A stretch of 64,000 bases of DNA, from NCBI GenBank assembly GCA_977017645.1, contig OZ360242.1, positions 38,688,001 to 38,752,000 of the forward strand. Reading direction: 5' to 3'. The translations under genes and the position numbers were made by a program. Every line of letters starts with the position of its first letter. Position 1 is the first letter of the stretch. This stretch comes from Torpedo marmorata (taxonomy: Eukaryota). Shown here one piece after another: positions 47,124-60,900 of the stretch. Under the pieces are notes generated by a model. It was not told the origin of the DNA. It made no database searches and worked only from the letters and a program-made list of their open reading frames with translations.

Positions 47124-49784
47124 TTTTTTAAAAATATATATTTTATTTTCATTTTTAACAAGCAATGAAACAAAATACTTCAAAAACAGATATCACATTA
47201 TAGAGTAATACATTAAAAGTAACATACATAATAAAAAAAAAAACAATTACCCCAAACATCCCCACCAAAGAAAAAAAAACTAAACAAAACAAATGGTCAA
47301 AAATGTTTATAATTACTAATTTCAAATATATAAAAAAAAGAAAAACTCCAAGGCTTCCCGGCAACAGGGCTTATCACGTGAAGGAACCCAAAACAAATTA
47401 ATAACAAATCTTCTTTGATTTAATTTATCCTGACCCCAAATAATCTAAATAAGGTTGCCAAATTTTATAAAAAATAACCTGTTTGTTTTTAATGTTATAC
47501 GTAATTTTCTCCAATGGAATACGACTATTTATTTCTGAGGTCCATCTATCAATAGACAATGGGGAATCTGACTTCCAAGTTGTCATTAAACACTTTCTAG
47601 CCACACAAAAAGCTATTCCCAAAAATATAATTTGATATCTGGTTAGGGTGTCCTTCATAGTAGTAAAATTTCCCAAAAGGCATATCTCTGGATCTAAAAT
47701 TAGAGTAACTCCAATAACTTTAGATAAGATGTCACAGAGATTATGCCAAAATTGTCTCAATTTACAGCACATCCATGTTGAATGTAAAAAAGAACCAACC
47801 TCCGTTCCACATCTAAAACACATCTGTGATAATTCTGGTTTAAATTTATGCAATTTCTGTGGAGTCAAATATAATTGATGAAGAAAATTATAGGAGACCA
47901 ATCTATAACGTACATTTATAGTAATAAACATACTATTCTGACACAATTCTGACCATAATTCTTCATCAATTACTATACCTAAGTCCGATTCCCATCTTAT
48001 CCTGGACTTATTATGTCCCAATTTAGGCTTTTGATCTTGTAACAATAAATACATTCTCGAAATAAATTTATACATATTTCCTTCTTGAAGTATTTTTCCG
48101 CATCTGTCAATGAGGGTAGGACCATATCAGATCCTAAAGTATTCCTGAGATATGAACGTAACTGAAAATAGCAAAAAAAAGTTCTATTAGGTAAATTATA
48201 CCTCTCTTTCAGTCCTTCAAAAGACATAAGAAGTCCATTTTCATAACAGTCCTATATATCTAATTCCTTTACTATTCCAAATTTCTATTGCTCTATTTTT
48301 AAGAGTTATAGGTATAAGTTCATTCTTTCTTAAGGATGTTTTAGGTGACACTATCTTTTTAATTCCCATATTTCATGGGTATCCCCCCAAATCTTAAGCA
48401 AATGTTTTAAAATGGGATTATCAGTTCTTTTAGTTATAGTTTAAAAATTCCATTTATATATAAAGTCACTTATATATAAACTTCTTTAAGGGATACAGAC
48501 CAAGTTGTATCCAAGATGGTGCATTAACCCCTTCAAAAAAAGATATAATAAATCGCATCTGCGCAGCTAAATAATAGTTTCTAAAGTTAGGTAAACGGAG
48601 ACCCCCCCAGTCTATAATCCCATGTTAATTTTCGTATAGCCCTTCTAGCTATTTTATTTCTCCATATAAATCGCCCAATAATTTTATCCAAATTTTGAAA
48701 AAAAGTTTTTGGTAAAAAAATAGGTAGAGACTGAAATAAATATTGTATTCTTGGTAGTATATTCATTTTAACACAATTAACCCTACCAATCAAGGTAATA
48801 GGTAATGACATCCATCTCATTAAATCTTCTTCAATTTTACTAAGAAGTAAGAAAATGTAATCACATGTATTTTTTAAGAATTATATGCAAGTTATTTTAT
48901 GTAATGTGTGATTTAAAAATTTAAATAAAATATTTAAAAAAAAAAAAAAAAATTTTACTAAGAAGTGGAGAATAATTAAGCTTATATCAATTTTAAAAAT
49001 CAGTATCTACCATTATACCAAGATATTTTATACTCTCTTTAATCCATTTAAACAAACCTATACGTTTACATTCCGTACAGTCAAATTTAACCAATGGAAT
49101 GATTACGGATTTATCAAAGTTCTCCTTGTATCCTGAAATCTCACCATAATTTTTCAACATTATTTGTAATTTAATAAAAGAGAATTAACCAGATCAAGCA
49201 AATACAGAATCACATCGTTGGCATATAAATTTATTATATGTTCCACCTGGCCCATTTTAAAACCTTTTATTTCAGAGTCTAATCTAATTGCTTCTGCCAG
49301 TGGCTCAATTGCTAGAACAAAAACTCCAGGAGACAAAGAACAACCTTGCCGACTGGATCTATTCAAAGAGAACTTTTCTGAAGTCTGTCCATTAGTGGTA
49401 ACCCTAGCTTGTGGTTTATAATAGTATTTTTAGCCCAATTAATAAATGATTGTCCAAATCCAAATTTTTCCAAAACCTTAAACAAATACGGCCATTCCAA
49501 TCTATCAAAAGCCTTCTCTGCGTCCAGTGTAACTGCTATACTTGGTTCACCTCTAGATTTTTCTAAATGTGTTATATTAAAAAATCTACATAAATTATTC
49601 GAAGAAAACCGTTTCTTAATAAAACCACATTGGTCTGGATTTATTAATCTCGGTAAACAATCACTGTCTATTCGCCAATATTTTAGAGATTATCTTATAA
49701 TCTGCATTTAAAAGTGAATTTCCTCTGCAATAATTACAGTAATTCCAAAGAAAAATAAAGATCCTTTGAAATGTTCTTCATATC
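47124..49784 (-). mobile_element. 5'-truncated and 5'-inverted L1 (ORF2 RT to 3' end)
   Basis: RQGCSLSP, LYAND and GRVNCVKMNILPRIQY motifs plus a zinc finger. 15-bp TSD GCAATTTATTTTTAC at 47109-47123 and 49785-49799. The segment 49720-49784 is inverted. Confidence 0.92.
48849..48950 (+). mobile_element. About 100 bp of an L1 3' tail inserted into the L1
   Basis: AATAAAA plus poly(A). 16-bp TSD AATTTTACTAAGAAGT at 48833-48848 and 48951-48966. Confidence 0.9.
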
Positions 49785-52700
49785 GCAATTTATTTTTACA
49801 TCAACATTGTTTTAATCTCCAGTCAACTCTCATTTTTTGACAAATGACTTTACATCTTCGCCTGTTGACCAATCTTTTTCCCCACTGGTCACAATTTCTT
49901 TTTGTATACTGTGTCAAAATCACTTCATGATATTAAAATTCCCCCTGCCAATTTGCATCCATCTTTTTCAAGGGGAGCGATTTCTGTACCTCTGTCCAAG
50001 GATCTTAAATCCATGGAGTCATTCCGATTACTGTCCTCTCCACCCTTTCTAAGGCAGTGACATTCTTCTTGTAGTCCCTGGCATTAACCATAATTATCCA
50101 ACTTGCACCCAACTGGGATTTTGTAAATATGTGCTCAGCTTGTTGTTTATATATTACAGATTGATTTAAAAGGCCAAAGATGCCATGACCCTAATAAATT
50201 ATCAACCATCTTAATAGCACTGTGATAGTCATGCACAGCTATGCTTCAAGGTCTCTTTCCTGCACCTCCTTAAAAATTGTGCCATGTTATTTAGATTCCT
50301 TCTTCTCATAGTTCCTACTCGAGTTAATTGTCCTTCAATCCACTGGGTTTGTGCTTGATTATCTGTTAAAAATGGAAAGAGCAGGAGGGTCGGTAACATT
50401 TGGCCACCTGATGAAAATTTTACATTATCATTCAAAGTCCGAATGACCTCTACTTGTGTGCTGAGTAGGAGATGGCAGATGTTAGCTGTGGGCTGCAGGA
50501 GAGAAATCAATGTAATTAAAAACGTGTATAATTTCAAAAAGGCGTAACCATAGTGGAGGTAGGAAATTAGGTGGTTAGGAATGGAAGTATGCAAATATTC
50601 CAAGAAGGATCAAGGAAAATAAATGTTAATTTCAAAGGTTTAGACTGCCAGCATACAATTCTAATCGGTCTTCAGTCTGCTTCACACCACTGCAAATATA
50701 TAGTTCTTACCCAGATGGAAATTACAGACTTCAAAATTAACTGCAAGATGTGTGCTTTAGTGATAGATCAAGGAGGTACAATGAAGCAGATTCCTCGATT
50801 TGTGAGTAAGAGTATTAGCTCATCTGCAATACAGGCCAAATAGTTGCATTTGAGTACTTCCACAGATATCTATTATTTTTAAATGTGTTCAATCTGCACT
50901 GAATTGGGGGAAAATAGCACAGGAAAGCAGCGGTTTCTGCAGAACACCTATCACATCAGCAGAAATGTACGGACTATATTTTTGGTCAGGATAATTCAGT
51001 CATAAACAGTTCCTTTGTGTCAATGCTTTAAAATGGTGTACAGTATTTTTTTAAAAAGCTAAAGGCTATAATTTGAATAAAAGTACATCCTATCCATGCA
51101 CTTTCAAGGTGTTAAAGCATTGAGTAAAGACATTTTTGCATGTGTTAACAAAATGTAACAATGTAGAAAGGAGTCAGCTCAATGTAGCACCAGCTCTGTG
51201 TTCACAAACAAATCAATGAGGTCAATACAGCTTTGCACTCTTTCTCATCAATGGTTTGCCTATTCTCATTAGGAACCCATGCTAGAAACAGTAAACAATA
51301 ATTTCATGAAACTGCTTTGCAAGTACATTAGAGCTAAACCTAAAGAATTGTTCAATATATTCATAACCAGATAAATTTTATTGCATTGATGTGGAGGTAC
51401 TTGATAACTGATGCGAATAATTTAAAGAAATGTTGAGTACTGGGTTATGCTGACTGTTCAGTTCAATATTTTAATTGACAATAAATCCTAGCTGACTATA
51501 AAAAGCAGTTGACTTGTCATTTTCAAGCTGGTCATGATTTTTCATAATGCAGAACTTTCAATTCAATGGGATGATTAAAAATATGGTTATTTTCAACTAC
51601 TGGTATTTGATTTAATTATCTAATCAGCCATAAATCATTTTCTATTGAAAAAGTAATTCAATGCAGATAATTTTTTTTTTCTGCCAATGCTCTTGGCTGC
51701 ATTGAGACCTGTAAGTAACATAGTAATATGTATGAGTAAATGGTATTTCATTATAATAAGAGACTTGATCCTCATGTGCTCCATTGAGTCAGTGATTTAC
51801 CCAAGTTCAGGTTTAATGTGCATTCAATAAAACAGAAATGTTATATATTTAGGGCTGAAGGACTTTTATATATATTTTTGATATATTCAGCTGAGAATCA
51901 ATAAAAAATTAAATAATTATCATTAATTTAGTTTTATTGAAAAATGATGGCTACAGTTCATGACTTTTCAATCTTCTTTAATTCTCTGATTGGCTTTACT
52001 TATTTGTACGTATTAAATACAAATAAAGATCACAGGTCACGCTAGCCAAACCATGTCTTGGCATTTGTATGACTATCTATGTCTGTACTGAGCATTTTCT
52101 TTATATGTAATCATGAAACTAAGGTAAGAAGTGTACAGTCAAACAAGACATGCCAGGCCAGTGACATGAACATTTGCTGAATGTGACAATTTTGTGCAGA
52201 TGAACCGAAACAGTCCTATGCCTTAGACAGTAAGTAACTTTCAACATTCCATCGAGAATGGTTCAATGGCTATAGGAGATACAAAATTCACCTCGATTCT
52301 TCATTGAAGCTTGGGCCATTCACTGCAGTGAAGTATGATGAACTTTGACATTGACAGGAACAAGTAAGTAACAGTAGTGCTGTCGAGTTCTGTAAGTCAG
52401 TTTTAACTATTTTCCACTATCAGAATAAATGTCTGACAAGCACCTTTCAGATTAAAAAATATTCTTCAAGCAATACCATTGGAGCAGATCACTAAATAGC
52501 TGCAGGTGGAATTAACTCTACTCCTGTGAAGAGATTGAAGGTAAGGTGTAGTATTGCAACAAAGTAGATTATGCCCTCAATCTACCTCTCTGCAATGCTA
52601 CAGAGAATGGGCTATGTTCTGATGAAAGTCATGTCTTGCATGACATTGTGGAGCATTGTGGTTAACAAAGGAAATAAAGGAGAGTATATAATTAAAAGCT

Positions 52701-54128
52701 CAGGTGTACAAAGTTGCAAAGAGTAGTGGGAAACTGGAAGATTAGGAAAACTTTAAGAGACAACAAGGGACAACAAAGCGGGTAATAAGAAAGGGGAGAA
52801 AGGAATATGAAGGTAAATTGGCACAAAATATAAAAACAGATAGCAAAATTTTTTATAAATATATACAACGGAAGAGGGTGGCTAGAGTTAACATAGGACC
52901 CTTGGAAGATGAGAAGGAGAAATTGATATTGAATAATGAGGAAATGTCCGAGGCCTTGAACAAATATTTTGTGTCAGTCTTCACGGTGGAAGACACGTCC
53001 AGCATGCCAAAGAGTGGAGATAGGGATGCAAATGTCAGTGAAGGCCTTGATAAAATAGTTGTTACAAAGGAGGTAGTGATGAACAAACTAATGGGACTAA
53101 AGCCGGACAAATCCCCTGGTCCTGATGAAATGCATCCCAGGGCTCTGAGGGAAATGGCAGAAGTTATAGTCGATGCGTTGGTGGTCATATACCAAAATTC
53201 TCTGGATTCTGGGCAGGTCCCGGCAGATTGGAATACAGCAAATGTCAGGGCACCTTTTAAGAAGGGATGTAGGCAGAAGACTGGGAACTATCGGCCAATT
53301 AGCTTAATGTCTGTAGTTGGGAAAATACTTGAAGCTGTCATTAAGGTTGAAATAGTGAGACATTTAGAACGAAGGGGCTCAATCAGGCAGACACAGCATG
53401 GGTTTAGGAAGGGCAGATCTTGTTTGACAAACTTGTTAGTGTTCTTTGAGGACATAATGGGTTCAGTAGATAGAAGGGAGCAGGTTGATGTTGTATATTT
53501 GGATTTCCAGAAAGCGTTTGATAAGGTGCCGCACAAGAGACTTTTAGTAAGTTACAGGTGAATGGAGTCCAGGGAAGTATATTGGCATGGATTGAGGATT
53601 GGTTGTTTGACAGGAGGCAGAGAGTCGGGATAAATGGGTGTTTTTCTGATTGGCAGACAGTGGTAAGTGGGATGCCGCAGGGGTCGGTGCTGAGCCCACA
53701 ACTGTTCGTCATTTACATTGATGATTTGGAGGAGGGGACAAAACGTGGTGTAGCCAAGTTTGCGGATGATACTAAATTGAGTGAAAGAGAAAATTGTACT
53801 GAGGATGTGGAGAGTCTACAGAGGGATATAGTTAAGTTAGGTGAGTGGGCAAAGGTCTGGCAGATGAGTTCAATGTTAGTAAGTGCAAGGTTATACACTT
53901 TGGCAAGAAAAATAAAAGAGCAGAGTATTATTTAAATGGTGAAAAACTGCAGCATGCTGTTGTGCAGAAGGACTTGCGAGTGCTTGTGCACGAATTGCAA
54001 AAAGTTGGGTTGCAGGTGCAGCAGGTTATTAAGAAGGCAAATGGAATGTTGGCCTTCATCGCAAGAGGAATTGAATTCAGGAGCAAGGAGGTAATGTTGC
54101 AACTGTACAAGGTACTGGTGAGACCGCA

Positions 54129-56979
54129 GTCAGAGGTTCCCACCTGCTTCAAAAGGGCATCAATCATCCCGGTACCCAAGAAGAGTAGTGTGGGCTGCCT
54201 CAACGCTTACCGCCCAGTAGCACTAAGTTCTACTGTGATGAAATGCATTGAGAGGCTGGTCATGGCCAGAATTAACACGTATATAACCATATAACATTTA
54301 CAGCACAGAAACAGGCCAGTTCGGCCCTTCTAATCCATGCCGAACACATTCTCCCACCTAGTCCCACTGACCCACACCCGGCCCATAACCCTCCACACCT
54401 CTCTCGTCCATATACCTATCCAACTTTTCCTTAAACATTAAAATTGAACCTGCATCTACCACTTCGGCCGGAAGCTCGTTCCACCCTCCTACCACCCTCT
54501 GAGTGAAGAAATCCCCCCTCATGTTTCCTTTAAACTTTTCCCCCTTCAATCTCAATCCATGCCCTCTTGTTTGAAACTTCCCCTGTCTCAATGGAAAAAG
54601 CCTGTCCACATTGACTCTATCTTTCCCCTTCATAATTTTAAATACCTCTATCAAATCACCCCTCAACCTTCTACGCTCCAGGGAATAAAGTCCCAGCCTG
54701 TTCAACCTTTCCCTATAACTCAAACCCAGAAACCCAGGCAACATTCTTGTAAATCTCCTCTGCACTCTCTCTATTCTGTTTATATCCTTCCTGTAATTCG
54801 GCAACCAAAACTGCGCACAATATTCCAAATTTGGCCTCACCAATGCCTTATACAAATTCAACATGACATCCCAACTCCTATATTCAATACTCTTATTTAT
54901 GAAGGCCAACATACCAAATGCCTTCTTCACCACCCTATCTACGTGTGACTCAACATTCAGGGAGTTATGTACCAGAATTCCTAAATCCCTCTGTTCTACT
55001 GCACTTCTCAATTGTCTTCCATTTAACATGTATGCCCTTTGCTGATTAGTCCTACCAAAATGTAGCACCTCACATTTATCAGTATTAAATTCCATCTGCC
55101 ATGTTTCCGCCCACTCTTCTAACTGTCCAATATCCCCCTGCAAGCTTTGATATCCTTCTTCACTGTCCACAACACCACCAATCTTCATATCATCTGCATA
55201 CTTACTAATCCAATTTACCACCCTATCATCTAGATCATTAATATATATGACAAACAACAATGGACCCAATACCGATCCCTGAGGCACTCCACGAGTCACC
55301 GTCCTCCAATTTGACAAACAATTTTCCACCACTACTCTCTGGCATCTCCTATCCAACCATTGTTGAATCCATTTCACGATTTCGTCGTTAATACCTAATG
55401 CTTGAACCTTCCTAACGAGCCTTTTATGCGGAACCTTGTCAAGTGCCTTACTAAACTCCATATAGACAACATCCACAGCCTTCCACTCGTCAACCCTCTT
55501 AGTAACCTCATCGAAAAAAAATATGAGATTTGCCAAACATGATCTACCACGAACAAAACCGTGTTTACTACTCCTAATCAATGCTTGTCTTTCCAAATAA
55601 CTGTATACACCATCTCTAAGAACACCCTCCATTAATTTACCTACCACCGATGTCAGACTCACAGGCCTATAATTTCCAGGTTTACTTTTGGAGCCCTTAA
55701 ACAGCGGGACAACATGAGCTACCCTCCAATCCTCCGGCACCTCCCCCATACCTAAGCAAAGATCTGGACCCACTGCAATTCGCCTATCGTCACAATTGCT
55801 CCACAGCAGATGCAATATCGCTGGCTCTCCATTCAGCTCTGGATCACCTCGAAAACAGCAATTCATACATACGGCTGCTCTTCATCGACTACAGCTCGGC
55901 CTTCAATACCATTATTCCATCAGTGCTGGTCAAGAAACTACAAACTCTAGGCCTCTGTACCCCACTCTGCAACTGGATCCTTGACTTTCTCATCGGAAGA
56001 CTACAGTCAGTACGAATTGGAAACAACGTCTCCTCCTCACTGATTATCAACAAAGGCGCACCCCAAGGATGCGTGCTTAGTCCACTGCTCTACTCGTTAT
56101 ATACCCATTACTGTGTGGCCAGGCACAATTCCAATGCCATCTACATGTTGCCAATGACACCACAGTTTTCAGCAGAATCACAAACGGCAATGAGGAAGCG
56201 TACAGGAGGGAGATAGATCAGCTCGTTGAATGGTGTAACGACAACAACCTTGAGCTCAACATCAGCAAAACCAAAGAGATGATTGTGGACTTCAGGAGGA
56301 AGTCAGGGGAACATGACCCAGTCCTCATCGAGGGCTCAGTAGTGGAAAGGGTCAATAACTTCAAATTCCTGGGTATCAACATCTCCGAGGATCTGTCCTG
56401 GAACATCCACGTTGATGCAATCACAAAGAAGGCTCGTCAGCGGCTATACTTTGTGAGGTGTCTGCGGAGTTTCAGTATGTCACCGAAGACTCTTGTAAAC
56501 TTCTGCAGGTGTACCGTGGAGAGCATTCTGGCTGGTTGCATCACTGCCTGGTATGGAGGCGCCAACTCTCAGGAAAAGAATAAATTCCAGAGGGTTGTTA
56601 ACTCGGCCTGTGACATCACAGACACCAAACTTCACTCCTTCGAGGACATCTGCATGAGGCGGTGTCTTAAAAAAGCAGCCTCTATCCTCAAAGACCCTCA
56701 CCACCCAAGCCATGCCCTCTTCACTCTGCTTCCATCGGGAAAAAGGTACAGGAGCCTAAAGACGAGCACTCAATGGCACAAGGACAGCTTCTTCCCCGCT
56801 GCCATCAGATTCCTGAATAATCAATGAACCAAAGACACTGCCTTACTTTTCGTGCACTATTATTTATAATTTTTTATAGTAATGTCATAAGATGGTGATA
56901 ATATGAATGGTAATCGCACTATGATGCTGCCGCAAAACACCGAATTTCATGACTTGTTCATGACAATAAATTCTGATTC
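54129..56979 (+). mobile_element. Rex1/Babar fragment nested in the CR1, itself split at 54282/55749
   Basis: SEVPTCFK...YRPVAL...MARINTY | [12 protein letters not shown]...[10 protein letters not shown]...KKARQRLYF, with a TTCTGA tail. Confidence 0.92.
54283..55748 (-). mobile_element. CR1 LINE (second family) nested in the Rex1 fragment; RT frame open
   Basis: ORF 54358-55866 has NYRPVSLTS, GVPQGSVLGP, KYADD and LVRPNLEYCAQFW. (ATGGTTAT)n tail. Confidence 0.93.
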
Positions 56980-57988
56980 CGAGCACTGTGTGCAGTTCTG
57001 GTCTCCATATTTGAGGACGGATATACTGGCCTTGGAGGCAGCCTAGAGGAGGTTTACTAGGTTGATCCCTGAGATGAAAGGGTTGACTTATGATGAAAGA
57101 TTAAATTGTCTGGGATTATACTCACTCGAGTTCAGAAGAATGAGAGGAGATCTTATAGAAACATATAGAATTATGAACGGGATGGATAGGATAGAGGTAG
57201 GAAGGTTTTTTTCACTGGGGGTGAGACCAAAACTAGGGGACACAGCCTCAAGATTCGGGGGAGTAGATTTAGGACAGAGGTGAGGAAAAACAGTTTTTCC
57301 CAAAGAGTGGTGAATTTGAGGAATTCTCTACCCAGGAAAGTGGTTGAGGCTGCTTCATTGAACATATTTAAGGTTCAGTTGGATAGATTTTTACGTAAAA
57401 AAGGAATTAGGGGATATGGGGAAAGGGCAGGTAGGTGGAGTTAGGTCATTGATCAGATCAGCCATGATCTTATTGAATGGCGGGGCAGGCTCGATGGGCC
57501 GGTTGGCGTACTCCTGTTCCTAATTTCTTATGTTCTTATGGAGCAGATGGAAGAATTCTTGAAGGCAGCCAAGTTTGAGAAGGATCCTCCATGGTTGATC
57601 TTGACTGATAGCGTCAAAGGCTTTTGTAAGGCCTATAAATGATTCAGCTCCCTGCATGAGGATTTGTTGCACAGTGCAGATCACATCTATGGTGCTCCTT
57701 TTAAAAAAAAAAAAAAAAAATTTTATTTAAAATTTTAAATCACAAAATACATAAGGTAAAATATAAAATTATCAAAATATTTGTGATACATTTTCACCCC
57801 CGCTCCCACCCTCCCCTTCCTAACCCTCCCACCCCTACTAATCTAATAAAATAAAAAATATAAAATAAAAATAAAACAAAAAGAAAGAAAAAGGTAGAAT
57901 AAGGAGAATGTCAACCTAAAAAATAAATCTATAAACTAATTCTATTATGGAGGTTCGGTTCGCCAGTAGATTCGATGTCTAGAGATCT

Positions 57989-60900
57989 TCAAATCCTTAA
58001 ACCAACAACTTTCATATATGGGCTCCAAATTTTAAAAAAGAAATGATACTTATTACGTAAATTATAAGTAATTTTTTCAAGTGGTAAGCATGAACGAAGT
58101 TCTGCATGCCATCTTTCTAACCCTAAATCTACATCAGATTTCCATGTAATAGCAATGCATTTCTTAGAAACAGCAAGAGCAATTCGTAAAAATTCTATTT
58201 GATACATATTTAATTTCATCTTAATACTAACTTTTTTAATATCTCCAAACAGAAATATCATAGGATCCATTGGGAATGTGATCTTTAATACTTTATCTAA
58301 AATTTTTTAACTTTCAACCAAAAATCATAAACTTTTGGAAAAAACCATGTAGAATGTACGATAGAACCTTCTTCTTTATTACATCTAAAACATAAACCTG
58401 ATAATGTCGGATTGAATTTCTTTAATTTTTTATGTGTTAAATATAATTGATGAAAAAAATTGTATTGTACTAATCTATATCTAACATTAATAATCTTTGT
58501 CATACTTAATTTACATAATTCTTTCCAATGATTTTCATCTATTGTTACATTCAAATCTAATTCCCACTTTAATCTTGATTTATGAATTTCTACTTTAGGA
58601 ATTTTTCTCTGAAACAATTTAAACATTTGAGAAATAAATTTATTTACATCTCCTTTAGTAACTAATAATTCTAATTCATTCTGTCTTGGTAAGATCAAAC
58701 TATAACCTAATTTCCCAACCAAAAATGATCTAATTTGATAATAACCAAAAAGTGTATTGTCCAATATATTGAATTTATCTTTCATTCTTTGAAAAGTAAT
58801 GAATTTCCCAGCTTCAAAACAGTCATTAATTTTCTTAATTCCTTTTTGAAACCAAATTTTAAATAATTGATTATTAATAGTAAATTGAATAAATTCATTT
58901 TGATATAAAGGCATCTTTGGAGAAATCGTTCCTTTTCCTCCTATTTCCTTGTCCATCTTGTTCCATATTTCTAACAAATGTTTAAGAATAGGTGAATTTT
59001 TTCTTCTTGTTGATATTAATTTAGAATCCCATTTATAAATAACCGCTTCTTCAGTATCTTCTTCTATATTATTTAATTCTATTCTAATCCAAGCAGAAGA
59101 TTTAGTTAAATCAAAAAATTCATTAACAAATTTTAATTGAGCTGCTTTATAATAATTTTGAAAATTAGGAAGTTGTAAACCACCCATTTCATAATTCCAA
59201 GGTAATTTTTCTATACCTACTCTTGCCAACTTTCCTTCCATAAAAACTTCCTAATAATTGAATTTAAATCTTTAAAAAATTTTTGAGGAATTTCATATGG
59301 AATTGATTGAAAAGGATATTGAATTCTTGGAAAAACATTCATTTTAATACAATTTACCCTTCCATTAAAGTTTTAGGTAAATCTTTCCAATTTTCTATAT
59401 CTTTTTTAATTTTCATAAACAATGGTAAATAATTTAATTTATATAAATTAGCCAATTTTTTATCAATCTTTATTCCCAAATATTTAATTCCTTCTTTTGA
59501 CCATTTAAATTGTGTAATTTCTTTACATTTACTATAATCCCCTTGCGCTAATGCCATAATTTCACTTTTATCAGAATTAATCTTATATCCAGATATTTCC
59601 CCATATTCTCTCAATAATGCAGACAATTGTACTAAAGATGTAATAGGTTTTGTCATATATATCAATACATCATCTGCAAATAAACTAATTTTATGTTCTT
59701 CCGTTCCAACTTTAATACCTACAATTTTAACATCTTTTCTAACCAATTCTAGGTTCTATCGCTAAAGTAAATAATGCTGGTGACAAAGGACATCCTTGTC
59801 TAGTAGATCTAGTCAGGGGAAATCTTGAAGAAATTTCTCCATTTGTAACTACTTTAGCAGATGGTTCTTTATATATAGTTTTAATCTAATTAATAAAATG
59901 TAGTTCCGAAACCAAATTTCTCCAATACCTTAAATAAAAAATTCCACTCTAATCTATCAAAAGCCTTTTCAGCATCTAGCATTAATACTGATGGTAAATC
60001 TTCCTTCTTTTTTATGCACATTAATTAAACTAATTAATCTAGCTATATTATCTTTTGAATATCTATTTTTAATAATACCAGCTTGATCTACATGAATTAA
60101 ATCTGGTAAATAATTAGCCATTCTATTTGCTAAAATTTTTGCCATTATCTTATCGTCTACATTTAACAATGAAATAGGTCTATATGATTCTGTTTTCAAT
60201 AAGTCTCTGTCTTTTTTAGGTATAACTGTAATTATTGCATTCGAAAATGTATCCGGTAATGAATGAGTTTCCGTAATTTATTTCAGCACATCCATATACT
60301 GAGGTATCAATAAATCTTTAAACTCTTTATAAAATTCTGATGGAAATCCATCTTCCCCTGGAGATTTACCACTCGTTAAAGAAGTAAGAACCTCATTAAC
60401 TTCCCTCATTGAGAAAGGCAAATCCAAAAAATCTTTACTTTGAGTATTTAATTTAGGTAATGTAATTTTAGATAAGAATCTATTAATTTTAGAATCATCT
60501 TGATCAATCTGAGATTTATGTAGATTCAAATAATAGTCTTTAAAAGAATCCATTTATTTCTCGAGGTTTATACATTATTTCCCTAGAATTCTTTTTTTAT
60601 AGCATTTATAGTTCTAGAAGTTTGATCTTTTTTTAACTGCCATTCCAAAAATTTATGTGCTCTTTCCCCTAATTCATAATATCTTTGTTTAGTTCTTTCA
60701 ATTAGTTTTTCCATTTTATATGTTTGTAATAAATTATAATGTAATTTTTTTCCAACTAGATTATTCCTTTTTTGATATGATCTATTTTTTCAAATCTTTC
60801 TCCAAATATTCAATCTCCTTCTCTAAATTGTCTACCTCCCGAAGATAATCCTTCTTAATTTTAGCTGAATAACTTATTATTTGACCTCTTAAATAAGCCT

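Larger units (their letters stand above)
52658..57540 (+). mobile_element. CR1/HER1-like LINE (ORF2 RT and 3' end), split at 54128/56981
   Basis: KSPGPD.MHPR, NYRPISL, QHGFRKGRSCLTNL, YLDFQKAFDKVPH, PQGSVL, KFADD...LVRP | EHCVQFWSP, ending in a (TTCTTATG)n tail. Confidence 0.93.

Noticed and set aside
50150-52650. Long repeat-poor AT-rich stretch as a conserved non-coding element
   Set aside because: Cannot be supported without cross-species alignment, and no internal structure was seen.
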